From positions 26,040,001 through 26,104,000 of the forward strand of contig NC_086105.1 in NCBI RefSeq assembly GCF_963921235.1: a stretch of DNA of 64,000 nt, written 5' to 3'. The translations under genes were made by a program, and so were the position numbers. The stretch is from Mobula hypostoma (lineage: Eukaryota). This document shows, one piece after another, positions 33,649 through 45,835 of this stretch. Position 1 is the first letter of the stretch. Every line of letters begins with the position of its first letter. Under the pieces are notes generated by a model. It ran no database searches and was not told where the DNA came from. It saw nothing but the letters and a program-made list of their open reading frames with translations.

Positions 33649-34184
33649 CATATGATCTGTAGATAATAACTCCATATGTTGCTAAGTAGGCAAGTACAAT
33701 AAAACACCTACTTTAAATTCCATCCACTTAGCAATAAAGGCCAATATGCTATTTGCTTTATTAATTACTCGCTTCATCTATATGATCACATCTGGTGCTT
33801 CTAATGCCTATCTAGGAAATGGTAACTTTCTATTTAATAGTTTGTCTTTAGGTTCCTCCTCCAAAAGTGCCTGACCATGTGTTTTCCATTTGCCAGTTTC
33901 TTACACACTCTTTCAACTTATCCATATTCTGCTGGACAATCAAATAGTGTGCAAAGAATCTCATTTACTTAATAGTTGAAGGCCAGGGACTAATCCAGTA
34001 ATTGGTCTGTTCAGTGTGAACAAGATCTATTGCTTCTGACTCTGTCATCGTCATTACCAGTTTTCAGTCCACATTAAAACGCAGTCCCCAATATTGTGAG
34101 CTATTATCAAATCTTATCTATCCTCATATGGCAGCTGATTGAATCCCTTCTGGAAATTCCATCATGCTACATCTACCCTATGAG

Positions 34185-34375
34185 TAACAGTGATGGAGTC
34201 CCTCTTGTCCTTACCTACCACCCCATAAGCCTCCACACCCAAAACATCATCCTCTGCCATCTCCAAAGGGATCATACCACCAAACGTACTGTATCTTTAC
34301 CTCCCCTCTGCTTTCCACAGAGATCGTTCCCTCCTTGATTTCGTAGTCCAGCGTCTGCAGATTGTCTTTTGTTTA
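34185..34375 (+). mobile_element. Penelope-like element ORF fragment
   Basis: VPLVLTYHPISLHTQNIILCHLQRDHTTK, a typical PLE RT/GIY-YIG linker motif. Confidence 0.7.
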
Positions 34376-35577
34376 TGACAGTGCGGAGTTGTCAAACATG
34401 ATAATCCTTTTATAAAGTTATGTTGCCTTGGCATGATTGCATGAAGTTTATTTCTGAATGACAAGCTGTTTATTCTTTAATCATAGGTTCCAATATCTTC
34501 CCAACAATAAGCATTTTGCTAAATGGCTGAAAATTTCCCAACTTCTGGTTTCCCTCCCTTAAACAAAGATGTCACATTTGTAATTTAAACTGCTGTACAC
34601 TGCGAGAGCTAGTGAGTTTTGAAGTGCTCTACCATCTCTGCTACCACTTCCTTTAAAACTGTAAAATTCAAGCCCATCTGGTCCTGGTAATTTGTCTGCA
34701 ATTGGTCTAATTCATTTTTTCTTCCCTCTAGTTTGAAAGTACACCTCCGATACTCTCTATATTCTGGAATCAGCAGTTTCATGTTCAGCTTTCCAGTGAG
34801 AAGCAGTGAAAAAGATATTGGCATGACACTGGTCAATGTGATCATGAATGCTCAAGACCCTACAATCTGGATCAGTCTGAGCTATTTGGAATTGGCCATG
34901 AGTGTGGCTGTATCTGTAGGTTTATAATTTCAGTCAGAAGTCTGGAGGTGGTATTGATCAACTCCGCTAGATCATCCAGCCACACTGATAGAAAATTGAA
35001 GCTTCCCAGCAGAAGACCAGCTGGGATGTGTCCAGTGGTGGTGCTGCTTGAAGGCAACCAGCTGGTTAAATACAGAGCACTTTCTTCAGTGTCTATGCTG
35101 GGGGTCCCCACCCTTTTTTACCAGTAACCGAGGGGTACGTGGGCCCTAGGTTGGGAACCTTTGGTCTAGGTGGATGTTCATCCCTCAATAGAAAGTGTCA
35201 TGGCAAAACATTTGCTTGCGTACCTTGTTAAGCTCTGCAGTGTGCAAATTTACTGCTACCTTTCCTTACATGACAGCCATGCCTCCAGATTGCCAAACAC
35301 ATTACATTCTCCACAGGTTATCTGATCAAGCAACAGCCAATTTTTTTTAAAGTCTGTGATTAGTTTGATGCAAGTTTCTCGCCAAAGAGATGTTTTTACA
35401 CCTTAACAATACAGTAGTCTGGAACTTGAATGAAACTTGACAAACAGTTCCATGTGTGACTGCTGGATCTTCCTTGCATAACTTATCAAATGGGTCCTGA
35501 CTGACAAAATCCCGAATATACTCACAGCATGACTGTCCTGGAGGCCAACTTCAGCAATTCTTAATAGGTGGGCAATA

Positions 35578-36090
35578 TTTATTTAGAGATACAGTGCGGA
35601 TCAGGCCCTTCTGGCCCAACAAACCACACTGTCCACCAACCCAAACAACAGGAATTCTGCAGATGCTGGAAATTCAAGCAACATACATCAAAGTTGCTGG
35701 TGAACGCAGCAGACAAAGCAGCATCTATAGGAAGAGGTGCAGTCGATGTTTCAGGCCGAGACCTTCGTCAGGACTAACTGAAGGAAGAGTGAGTAAGGGA
35801 TTTGAAAGTTGGAGGGGGAGGGGGAGATCTTGGCCTGCTGCGTTCACCAGCAACTTTGATGTATGTTGCTGTCCACCAACCCACCCATTTAACATTAGCG
35901 TAATCACTGGACAATTTACAATGACCAGCTAACCTCCTAACCAATATGTCTTTGGACGGTGGGAGAAAACTGGACCACCTGGAGGAGACCCACACGGTTC
36001 ACAGGGAGAACCGTAAACTTCCTATAAACAGCACCGGAACTGAACTCTGAGCTCCACTGCGGCCCAAGTTATAATAATGTCTTGCTACTG
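35578..36090 (-). mobile_element. V-SINE (HE1-like), interrupted by a Penelope-derived element
   Basis: V-domain-like gtctttggacggtgggagaaaactggaccacctggaggagacccacac and a CR1-derived tail at the left end. Confidence 0.7.
35644..35868 (-). mobile_element. Short Penelope-derived element, copy 2, with terminal inverted segment and hammerhead motif (35741-35775)
   Basis: 15-bp TSD CTGTCCACCAACCCA (35629-35643 and 35869-35883); ~35-bp perfect internal inverted repeat; - strand reads AGTC-CTGACGA-AGGTCTCGGCCT-GAAAC-ATC-GACT. Confidence 0.8.
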
Positions 36091-36955
36091 TGATGCCTAT
36101 TAAACCTGTGAACGTTCAGTAACTTCATTAAAATAGAGAAGAAAGCTTGCAAAGGAAAACAAGTTTGCTCTAATTTATATTATTTACTACAAATCTACAT
36201 GTTTGTAGGAAAATTGTGTCACTAACTCAGATGTAATTCTCATACAAACTGGTGTTGGTTTATTATTGTCACATGTCCCAAGATACTGCAAATAGCCATT
36301 CAGATAGATCATGTCATGCATAATTACGTTGAGGTAGTAGGAAGAAAACAGCATACAGATATAGTTTCACAGTTGTAGAGAAAGTTCAGTACAACTGGAC
36401 AAAAAGTGCAAGGGCTACATTGAGAGTTTAGGAGATCAAGAGTTTATTGTTCAGCAAATGAGAAGTTTGTTCAGAAGTTTAATAACAACGATGGAATCTG
36501 TCCTTGAGTCTGTTCTGTGTGGTCAGGTTTTTTTTTTATCTTGTACCCTTTAGGAAAAGAGAGAATTACTATGGTGAAAGCTGCTTTTCTGGGCCACTGG
36601 GAAGTGTTTTTGATTGAGTCAATGGAAAAAGGGTTGGTTTGCAAGATTGAGTGATGCATTCATATCTCTGCAATTTCTTGCAGTCTTACAGTACATCTAG
36701 TTGCTTAAACTTAACAGCTTTGAGATCATTGTGCAAAATAGAGCTGCTCATCCATTTTGTGATCCAAGTAACCTAAATTGTGGCTTTAGTGGGGAGAGAT
36801 GGGTAAGGAATGATGTACTGTGTGGCACTAATTATCATTTGATATAAAACTGTCACCACTTTCAGAATTTCTGCCATTAAATTAATGGTACTTACTCTGT
36901 TTGCAGGTTTAATTTATGAAGCTGAAAGTGAAAATCCCTGAATGCATCTTTGAAG

Positions 36956-37061
36956 ATGAGGCGATTAAATAAGAAAAAGGCGCTGAATTTAATGAAGGAG
37001 CTTGATGCTTTCCCAAAGATTCCTGAAAGTTATATTGAAACTTCAACAGCTGGTGGAACAG
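36956..37061 (+). CDS. ERGIC2: ERGIC2 first coding exon (exon 2 starts at 36907)
   Basis: MRRLNKKKALNLMKELDAFPKIPESYIETSTAGGT matches the ERGIC2/Erv41 N-terminus; acceptor ttgcag at 36906, GT donor at 37062. Confidence 0.96.
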
Positions 37062-37158
37062 GTATTTTAAATTTAGTTTCTTAACTGTATATTTGAACAT
37101 TTCAAAACTACTCTATTCTTAATGATTAACTACAATAACAATTATTTCTTCTTTGCAG

Positions 37159-37267
37159 TTTCTATAATTGCCTTTACCACCATTGCTCTATTGTCCATTA
37201 TGGAATTTTTTGTCTATCAGGACACATGGATGAAGTATGATTATGAAGTGGATAAAGATTTTGCCAG
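37159..37267 (+). CDS. ERGIC2: ERGIC2 exon 3 (first TM helix)
   Basis: VSIIAFTTIALLSIMEFFVYQDTWMKYDYEVDKDFAS; AG/GT boundaries, phase consistent. Confidence 0.96.
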
Positions 37268-37651
37268 GTGACTATTTGATTTATTTAATTGAGAGCACTT
37301 TTGTAATTCCTTCCACAGTGATTGGAGGACAGAAGTAAAGAAGTAATCAGAATCGGATTGTTCCTGAGTGCCTTCAAGGCTCCTGTACCTCTTACCTGAT
37401 TGTAACAGTGAGAAGCGGGCATGCCTGGATGGTGGGGGTCTTTAATGTTGGATGCTGCCATTTTGAGGCACTGGTCCTCAAAGGTGACTTGGTTACTATG
37501 GAGGCTATTGCCCACGATGGAGCTGATTAATTTTATCACTCTCCACAGCTTGCTTCGATCCTGTGCAGTAGCTTCCCCATACCAGACGGTGATGCAGCTA
37601 GTCAGAATATTCTCCACAGTACATCTGTAGAAATGTTTGAGTGTTTTAGGT

Positions 37652-39472
37652 CAGCCGTTCTCAATGGGGGCCCTGGCACATTTGAAGGGGGCCACCGACT
37701 GAAAACTGTGAGAAGGGGAGCCTCAAGGGTTTATGGGGGCCCTGGTAACTGAACCGATGAAATACCCAAGCAGCAACCTTCATTGGAGTCAGTAGTTTCC
37801 CTCCTATTTATAATACCTTTCCAACACACCGTTTGAATTCAGCGCACCTGGTAAATTCATTGCTTAAGCTCCTCCCACACAGCCTCACTTCAGAGTCAGT
37901 CGCAAATCAGACTGCACAGTATTCAATCAAGGGTTCTCGCATCTATTATCGCCATAATTCATTCTCCGAAGATCAGCGTGCCTTGCTAGGCCTTTTTTAG
38001 CCTAGTAACTTTAAAGTATATGTGTTTGGATATATTATACGTTAAGATAGGTTGTGAAAAGTGTTTCTTACTGCACATGAAGTCACCGGAAAAAAGAAAA
38101 AAATCCCTGGCTCCAGGTGACAGCATTTTTTTGTCAGTAATGTATCTGTATTTCACACGCTTATTATTTTCAGAAATAATTCTACCCATGAGTTCCTTGG
38201 CGGAAAAAAAAGTGTTGGCAGTTTTCAGTGGAATGCTTATCGTATGGTTTCATCTCATCTCTGCAAAACCCATCTTTGCCCATGTGTTTGAACTGCATAA
38301 CTGAAAATGAAAGCATTTGAAAAAACATTTAGATACCGCACATCCAGAGAAGAAGGATAAACCCTTAGATTTCTTCAAAAACCTTCAAGATAATTTCGAG
38401 AGTAGGCCAACGCTGAAACAAATGCTTACTCAAACGTCACAGAAATTAGAGAAGGGTCTTGTTGCATCATACAAAATTAGTAAACTGATTGCTAAAACTG
38501 GAAATGCTCACAACATTGGTGAGTCGCTTATCCTGCCTTCAGTGTCCATAATAATATCTGATGTCATGAATTTGAGTGCCAAAGTTGACACCACAGTTTC
38601 CTTAAAGTCTGATAAAGAGCATGGAGAAAGACTCGTTGATGCTAAGGCGGACATATTTTATCTGGCAGATATCTTTCAGAAACTTAATTTGTTAAACAAG
38701 ACCTTACAGGGCAAAAACAGTAACCTCATAGATTGTAAGGAAGCCATTTTTTTTCCTTAAGAAACTCGAAGTCTATTGCCACAATATGGAACTGATCGCA
38801 GAGGCACTGAAAGACAATGACCTTACCGTTTACGTGAAACATCTCAAGCAGATACACAAGGATATGCAAGAAAGATTTAATGACTTGTTAAACTTCGGTA
38901 TCCCGGATTGGATTTTGAATCCATTTGAAGTAAAACCCACCCAAATTGAGGCAGAAATTCAAGAAAGTTTGATTGACCTTCAGAGTGGTATAACTGCACG
39001 TCGTCAGTTCAGTCAGTTTCAAAAAGATTTTTGGATCAAGAGTGATCTGCTGAATAAATTTGCAACACTGTGGGGGAAAAAGCCCAAAGGTTTTGTATTG
39101 CCTTTCCCTCAACATATTTAGTTGAGAGCGGATTCTGCAAGGTAGTTTCCTTGACAAAATCCAGGAACAGAATTGATATTGCAACAAGAGGTGACCTCTG
39201 ACTGTCATTGTCTAATCTGAAGCTCGATATCATGAAACTTGCAGAAAAGCACCAAGCTCAAGGATCGCTTTAGGCCTGATAGATGTTTAATTTCATACAG
39301 TCCTTTTTTAAGTTTTGTCCAGTATGTCGAAATGTTCAAGTTTTCTTGGTGTTCAATAATAAATGATTTTCTGTCTATCTGTTCGTGTTGTATCCCTCTT
39401 TGAAAGGGGGGCCCTGGAACCTGAGAAGAGCTCCTAAGGGGGCCGTGGCCAAAAAACGGTTGAGAATCACTG
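37652..39472 (+). mobile_element. hAT (Buster/Charlie, ZBED5/SCAND3-like) DNA transposon, internally deleted and pseudogenised
   Basis: Perfect 8-bp TSD TTTTAGGT (37644-37651 and 39473-39480); TIRs CAGCCGTTCTCAA and CAGTGATTCTCAA; transposase remnants KKHLDTAHP, ASYKISKLIAKTG.AHNIGESLILP, YLADIFQKLNLLNKTLQG, FPSTYLVESGF. Confidence 0.92.
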
Positions 39473-39534
39473 TTTTAGGTGACATTCCAAATCTCCTCAA
39501 ACTCCAAAGGAAATATAGCCACTGTCTTGCCTTC

Positions 39535-40202
39535 ACCTAAACGCTAAAAAGACAGAGTACATGGCGTTTAACTGCAACGAAGGTAGTCTCAAGACCATAG
39601 AGAATGATTCCATTAAGAAAGTCTTTGACTACAAGTACCTCGGATCAAGAATGATGAGTTCAGAACAGGACATAAAGATACGGAAGGCGCTGGTGTGCAG
39701 GGCTATGAACGACATGAAGGAAATCTGGAAGTTAAACCTGACCAGAGGGCTTGAAAAGAGGATTTTCCTAGCAGTCATAGAGTCCATTCTCACGTACGGA
39801 TGCGAGACATGGACACTCACCAAGACGATGTGAAAGTCTCTAGATGGTTGCTACACACGAATGCTCCGGATGGCTCTTGATGTGAGTTGGCAACAGCACA
39901 TGACAAACACTGAGCTCTATAACAACCTACCGATGCTCTCCACTAAAATCGAGGCGAGAAGACTGCAACTAGTGGGGCACTGTCTACGCCACCCCGAGCT
40001 ACCTGCCAGCCTGGTCATCATATGGGAGCCCAAGCACGCGGGGATGAACCCTGGGCGCCCTCCCAAGACTATGATCAACACACTCCTGGTAGACAGCGGC
40101 GCGGCTAATGTAGATGAACTGAACACACTGATAAGGGAGAAGTGGAGAATCCGTTATCGTGCCTGACGCCGGCCCCCTAGGCCTGAGTTGACGTAGTAGT
40201 AG
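39535..40202 (+). mobile_element. 5'-truncated RTE-clade LINE, CpG-rich (young)
   Basis: 7-bp TSD TGCCTTC (39528-39534 and 40203-40209); YKYLGS, ILTYGCETWTLT, RRLQLVGHCLR motifs; (GTA)n tail. Confidence 0.88.
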
Positions 40203-41747
40203 TGCCTTCTTTATAGCTGCTTCAATATGCTGGGACCAGGTTAGGAGGAAGCTCAGATGATATTAGATTTGAGAGGGTGGAGTGGGATAAATGGAGTTGT
40301 GGAAAGAGCTGACGGGATATATTAATGAGCTGGATCTTCTGATAGCTGATTGCCTAGCCTTGGGTCATGTTGTTTATTCAAATACGGTCTTGAACTCAAG
40401 ATTCTGAACGGAGGCTGGTTTCCAGCTGACAGGTGACTCTCCGATTGTAAATGATTGGTTCAGTTCCTAAACGCCCTTGACAATTAGTGAGGCTTTACTC
40501 AGACTCATCAGTATCAAATGTCACAATGAAAATAGGCTGCATGTATATTCAGAGTAGCACTTGAATCTCCTTTCAGTGGTGTGTTGGTTAAATCCCTTTC
40601 AGTGAGTTGCAGAGGAGACATCCTTCATGTGTCCAAAGCACATCAATAATGGAACATTTTCCTGCTTTGCTAAGCTTTATTCATGGGGTGAATTTCTGCC
40701 AGCTGAAGCCTTGCGACTGTGGTGATAACATGCCTGGGAAAATAGACATGCACTAAGTAATTTTCTAGCCATAAGTATCAAGGTGCAATTAGAGTACTCA
40801 TTTTTATAAATAGAGTACTCATTTGCTGCCTTCAGGGAAGATTTTGTCTGAAATTCGAGCTCCAAAAAAGCCTCTACCTTTTAATAATCTCTCTGGTTAA
40901 CTAATTTTTAGAAATGAAAACAAATTTCATTGTGTATGTAAATATAAAAGAATGCTTAATTATTTTTTTAATATGAAGCTCTTGCAATTTTGTCATGTCA
41001 TGCTAAATAATTTTTTGCCTGAGGAATTGAGATAAAATTTTTCAGCGGCACAGGAAGCAATCTGAACCTCTGATAAGGCTTTCTCCATGTCTGTCATTTC
41101 TGGCATAAGTCTTCAGTAGTTAAGACTCAGTGTGACTACGCAGAAAGCTGCCAGCCTCTGTAAACTTCAGCGCCAGATCTACCTTTGTTGTGCCATGGTA
41201 TATAATCATTAGGGGAAATCAGATCATCAACAGTTAGTGCAGAATTGTTGAGAGTAGAAGGCGCCTGTGGGCATCAGTGATTTAAAGAGATGTCCGTGGT
41301 AGTTATGTGATTCTGAAACGTGAAATAGAAAATCAAAGACTTGGCATTTAGCAGTATATCTGTTCTCCGGTAAAGTGTAGAGCCTGTCATGCAGATGGGG
41401 GCTTTAGCATATTTAAATAAACTGGTAAAGTAGATAAAAGAAACTTCCTGCAGGTTGGAGGGACTAGGATGGTAAGAAAATTAAGTGGCCTTCTACAACT
41501 CAATGATAGAAGCATCTACACATCAAATGGGAAATGGGAACTCTCTTCCACAAAAGGCCCTATTTCTGAATTTAAACTTAAACGTTAATAGTTTGTTTAC
41601 AGTATGTGTCTCAGCTAAGCAGAGGGAGTGAATGTGGCTGGTGTTCATAATGCTTTTTATTTTGGACTCTGATTTCTGACTAATTCAGAATAACAGAATT
41701 ATTTCACTGGAGCAGTACTTAATTGTTTCTTTTTTTTAATCTTACAG

Positions 41748-41794
41748 CAAACTGAGAATCAATTTGGATATTACAGTATCAATGAAATGCCATT
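41748..41794 (+). CDS. ERGIC2: ERGIC2 exon 4
   Basis: KLRINLDITVSMKCH; ttacag| ... |gtaagt. Confidence 0.95.
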
Positions 41795-43293
41795 GTAAGT
41801 ACTCTGTCAACAGTATTACCGATTCTGAGTTCATCCAAATTTTTATAGTTGTAGTGAAAGTAGCTTGTTCACTAAATTATCTTTTTAGCACTTGACCTGT
41901 TGATTCCATGTATATAGGCTCCTAACAGAATTTTACTGATGTGCACATTTGTGAAGTACAGGATTAATGGAAACACGAACTGAACTTAAATGCTTTATGG
42001 CCATAGCAACAAATTCATCTTAATCTTTGTGCTGATTATTAAGCAGTCATTCAGTCAGTATTGGCTGCATTTTCAGCACCTGATGTTGGAACACTAGTAA
42101 TATTGCTACAGTACTATAAAACACTAGTTCCTAATAATTATCGATGGAGGAGTTTGTCCACTGTTTCTGCTGAAAGGAGAAATGTGGATATTGTCCATGA
42201 GAGGAAGAATTGAAAACTGTGGTTGAATAGAGTACGGATGACTGATAAGTATCTCGAAGGGGGGATATTTGCATACTTGTGAAGAAAGGAACGAATGTTG
42301 AATGAGTATGGTTGACTGGTTTTTCTGCTGCTTTCTGTTTTTGATCATGGTAATGTTTACTGTATATATAAAAAAAAAGTGATTTTTGATTTTGTGAATA
42401 CCAGGGTGATGTTTTATGTATGAATGCATCTTTCAGCGAAATGAATACAATAATTGGGTTGGTTTGGACAATGAAGATTTTGTTCAAAACTCCTGGGCTG
42501 TTGAGAAAATCTGTTACAACTGGAGCATGTGTTATCTGTGAATCTTAAACCATCATCATAAGCACGGTTTTTTCACTCATGTATTCATTATACGTCTTCA
42601 TCTGATTTTGCAACCTATTCAAACTTGCTTTTCTAGTTGGCAAATATTATCTGGCTGAATCTGATGCTCAGATAGGTACCTAGGAGAACTGCATGTATTC
42701 AATGATGGATGTGGCTGTACTTTTAATATGATCTCCATTGAAGAGTACCTTGCACAAAATGTACTCCTTTGGATATCTTTGTTTCCAAGTGACAGAACTA
42801 CTAACTAGGTTTTTGATGTGAGTTTTTGATAAAGTTGCCTTGGGTGTTTCCAGGTGAAATTATTAACTGAAATGTACCTGTATATAATTTTCTATTTTTA
42901 GTTATTGCCATAAAGAATACCAGTATTTAAAAGGGAGGTTGATAGATTCTTGATTTGTTAGGGCATCAAAGGTTATAGGTTATAGACTGGGGTTGAGAGG
43001 GAAAGTAGATCAGTCAAGATGGACTGGCAGAAGAGACTCGATCAGCCTAATTCAGTTCTTATGGTCCACTCGGATAGTACTTTCCTCGTGAAATGTTTGC
43101 TTACTGAGATTTTCCCCTATAATACTTGCGTTAGTTTACATCAAATTCAGTGGTGTGATTTATGAATAGAATAAAACATAGTTATTTCAAATATCCAAGC
43201 ATTGTTTACTGAAGAAAGTTGATGCTTTTATCTGACAGTAATGAGAGAATTTTTAGTCAATCACTGAGGTAATATTTTTGTTTTTTTAAATAG

Positions 43294-43364
43294 ATGTCGG
43301 TGCAGATGTCCTGGACTTGGCTGAAACAATGGTGGCTGCCTCAGAAGGGCTAAAATATGAACCA
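43294..43364 (+). CDS. ERGIC2: ERGIC2 exon 5
   Basis: YVGADVLDLAETMVAASEGLKYEP; tag| ... |gtatgt. Confidence 0.95.
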
Positions 43365-44296
43365 GTATGTATCATTGACGATAGATAATAGGTGCTATTA
43401 CATAGCTACTTCACAGCTTTAAAAGAAATAAACTGCTTTGGAGATCTAAATGAAGAATCATCATTCTGGAAATGTACATTCAAATTCCTCTGTTTATTAG
43501 ATTCTATAATCTGTGATAGTATATTAATTCCTTGCATGTGAATATTTCTGACCAGATCAACATTTGAATTGCCCACCTTCAACTGATGTTGACAAGTTGT
43601 TTTGTTAAATCACTATCAGTTTGATGTATTAAGAGGGTAGATTAAGTCATCTGCATTAGTTTGGAATTAGGACAGATCAGGTAGGTCTGAATGAACAGCT
43701 GGATTTTTGAGATTGCTACCCCATTTTTGTTTTTGTATTTTAACAAAATTACTCTCTGGAGTATTCCTAAAGCTCTCCAAATTACAGGTTTGGAAACATA
43801 CCTACAATTATAATTGATAGTATGTGAAGTGAGAATTTCCTAACAACAGCAAGCCACCGTACTCAGCTGCTTAAGCCCGAACTTGCTTTGCATAGAAGTC
43901 CTGCCTCAGAAATGCTTAAAAATTTTTGACAATTTGCAAGGCAGCATTGCAATATTATTGTAAAAATGTTAGAACAATTAGAAAGTGAATGGAAAATCTA
44001 TTACAATTACATTACTATGAAAATATTAGATTAAAATGAAATTAAAATACTTGAAAACAATCAAAGCATGTAGGTACAATTAATTCAACTTATTTCCAGC
44101 ACAATTTCTCTGAATTGTAAGACTATGGTCTGGCTTAGAGAGCAGTTGGGAAATTGCATATACCTGTTGGGAAATTCCCTACAAATTGCAGAAAGTTGGG
44201 CATTGTCAATTCATTGAGAAAGTAGCCATGGGGAAATTAGCTAATAGTCCCAAGGGAGCATGAAATTGAGAAGGAACATGGATTTAGAGAAAAAAT

Positions 44297-45170
44297 ACTA
44301 TAAGACATAGCAGCAGAATTAGGCCATTTGGACCATCGAGTCTGCTGCACCATTCAATCATGACTGATCCTTTTTTCCCCATCTCAGATCTACCCCCGGT
44401 CTTTTCCCCATAACCTTTGATGCTGTGTCCAATCAAGAACCTATCAAGCTCTGCTTTAAATACACCCAATGACCTAGCCTCCACAGTTGACTGTGGTAAC
44501 ATACTCCCCAAGTTCACTACCCTCTAGCTAAAGAAATTTCTCCACATCTGTTTTAAAAGGATACCCCTCTAACCTGAGGCTGTGCCCTCTTGTCCTAGAC
44601 TCTCTCACCATAGGAAACATCCTTTCCACTTTTCTGTCTAGGCCTTACAACATTCAAAAGATTTCAATCAGATCTCCCCTCATTCTTCTAAATTCCAGTG
44701 AGTACAGACCCAGATCTATCAAACGTTCCTCATATGAGAACCCTTTCATTCCTGGAATCATCCTTATGAATCTCCTCTGAACCCTCTCCATCGCCAGCAC
44801 ATCTCTTTTCAGTTGAGCCCAAACTTGTTCACAAGATTCAAGGTGAGGCCTCACCAGTGCCTTATAAAGCTTCAGCATCACATCCCTGCTCTTGTATTCT
44901 CGCCCTCTTGAAATCTATGCTAACTTGTATATGCCTTCCTTCCCACTGACTACCTGCAAGTTAACCTTTAGAGTATTCTACACCAGGACTCCCGAGTCCC
45001 TTTGCATATCAGATTTTTGGATTTTCTCCCCATTTAGAAAATAGTCTGCACATTTATCTCTACTACCAAAGTGCATGATCATGCATTTTCCCACATTGTA
45101 TTTCATTTGCCACTCTCTTGCCCATTTTCCTAAGTCCTGCAGCCTACCTGTTTCCTCAACACTACCTGCT
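44297..45170 (-). mobile_element. CR1 3' fragment
   Basis: WQMKYNVGKC, LYKALVRPHLE, ERVQRRF motifs. Confidence 0.85.
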
Positions 45171-45474
45171 ATGTGCCAGTTTGAAATGTTGAAGCCACCC
45201 TTCATTGTAATCGCACTCATAATCTCACTTATGCTGTGCTAATTCTTCATGAAATAATTTTGCTTATTCCTTCATCTCTCCTGACAGTTCTACACCTTCA
45301 CTGATGTGGAATTTAAACCACTTTGAGAACTTTATCTAGTTGTGAACATCTTCATCTTTCATAGTTTTCCTTAGAAAACAGATGTGCATTTTTGATTCAC
45401 TGTCAGCAAAGAACTGGAACAACTTTGTTTCTTTTTATATGTGGAAAAGCCAATGTTAAACAAGTCAATATCCT

Positions 45475-45627
45475 GGGCCAGCGGGTGGCGCAATGACTCT
45501 GGAATGGAGGTTCCCGGGTTCGAACCCAGTTGAGTCTGCTCCCGAGTACGCTTTCCATCCATGCCGGGTTGAGTGTCGAGATCACAACTCGACCTCGTAA
45601 AATAAAGGGAAAAATACTGAGAAATGT
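45475..45627 (+). mobile_element. tRNA-derived SINE 5' part, running into the assembly gap
   Basis: A-box-like TGGCGCAATG and B-box GGTTCGAACCC without a full cloverleaf. Confidence 0.55.
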
Positions 45628-45835
45628 NNNNNNNNNNNNNNNNNNNNNNNNNNNNNNNNNNNNNNNNNNNNNNNNNNNNNNNNNNNNNNNNNNNNNNNNN
45701 NNNNNNNNNNNNNNNNNNNNNNNNNNNNNNNNNNNNNNNNNNNNNNNNNNNNNNNNNNNNNNNNNNNNNNNNNNNNNNNNNNNNNNNNNNNNNNNNNNNN
45801 NNNNNNNNNNNNNNNNNNNNNNNNNNNNNNNNNNN
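45628..45835. other. Assembly gap (N run) in ERGIC2 intron 5
   Basis: 208 consecutive N. Confidence 0.99.

Larger units (their letters stand above)
37345..40245 (-). mobile_element. Rex1-type LINE fragment split into three pieces (37345-37651, 39481-39534, 40210-40245) by hAT and RTE insertions
   Basis: ENILTSCITVWYG motif; the sequence is continuous across both TSD pairs. Confidence 0.75.

Noticed and set aside
38317-39121. Domesticated ZBED/SCAND3-like host gene
   Set aside because: Frameshifts, stops, a core deletion and intact TIRs/TSD mark it as a dead transposon.
45475-45545. tRNA gene
   Set aside because: A/B boxes are present but there is no acceptor stem or full cloverleaf; it is better explained as a SINE head.
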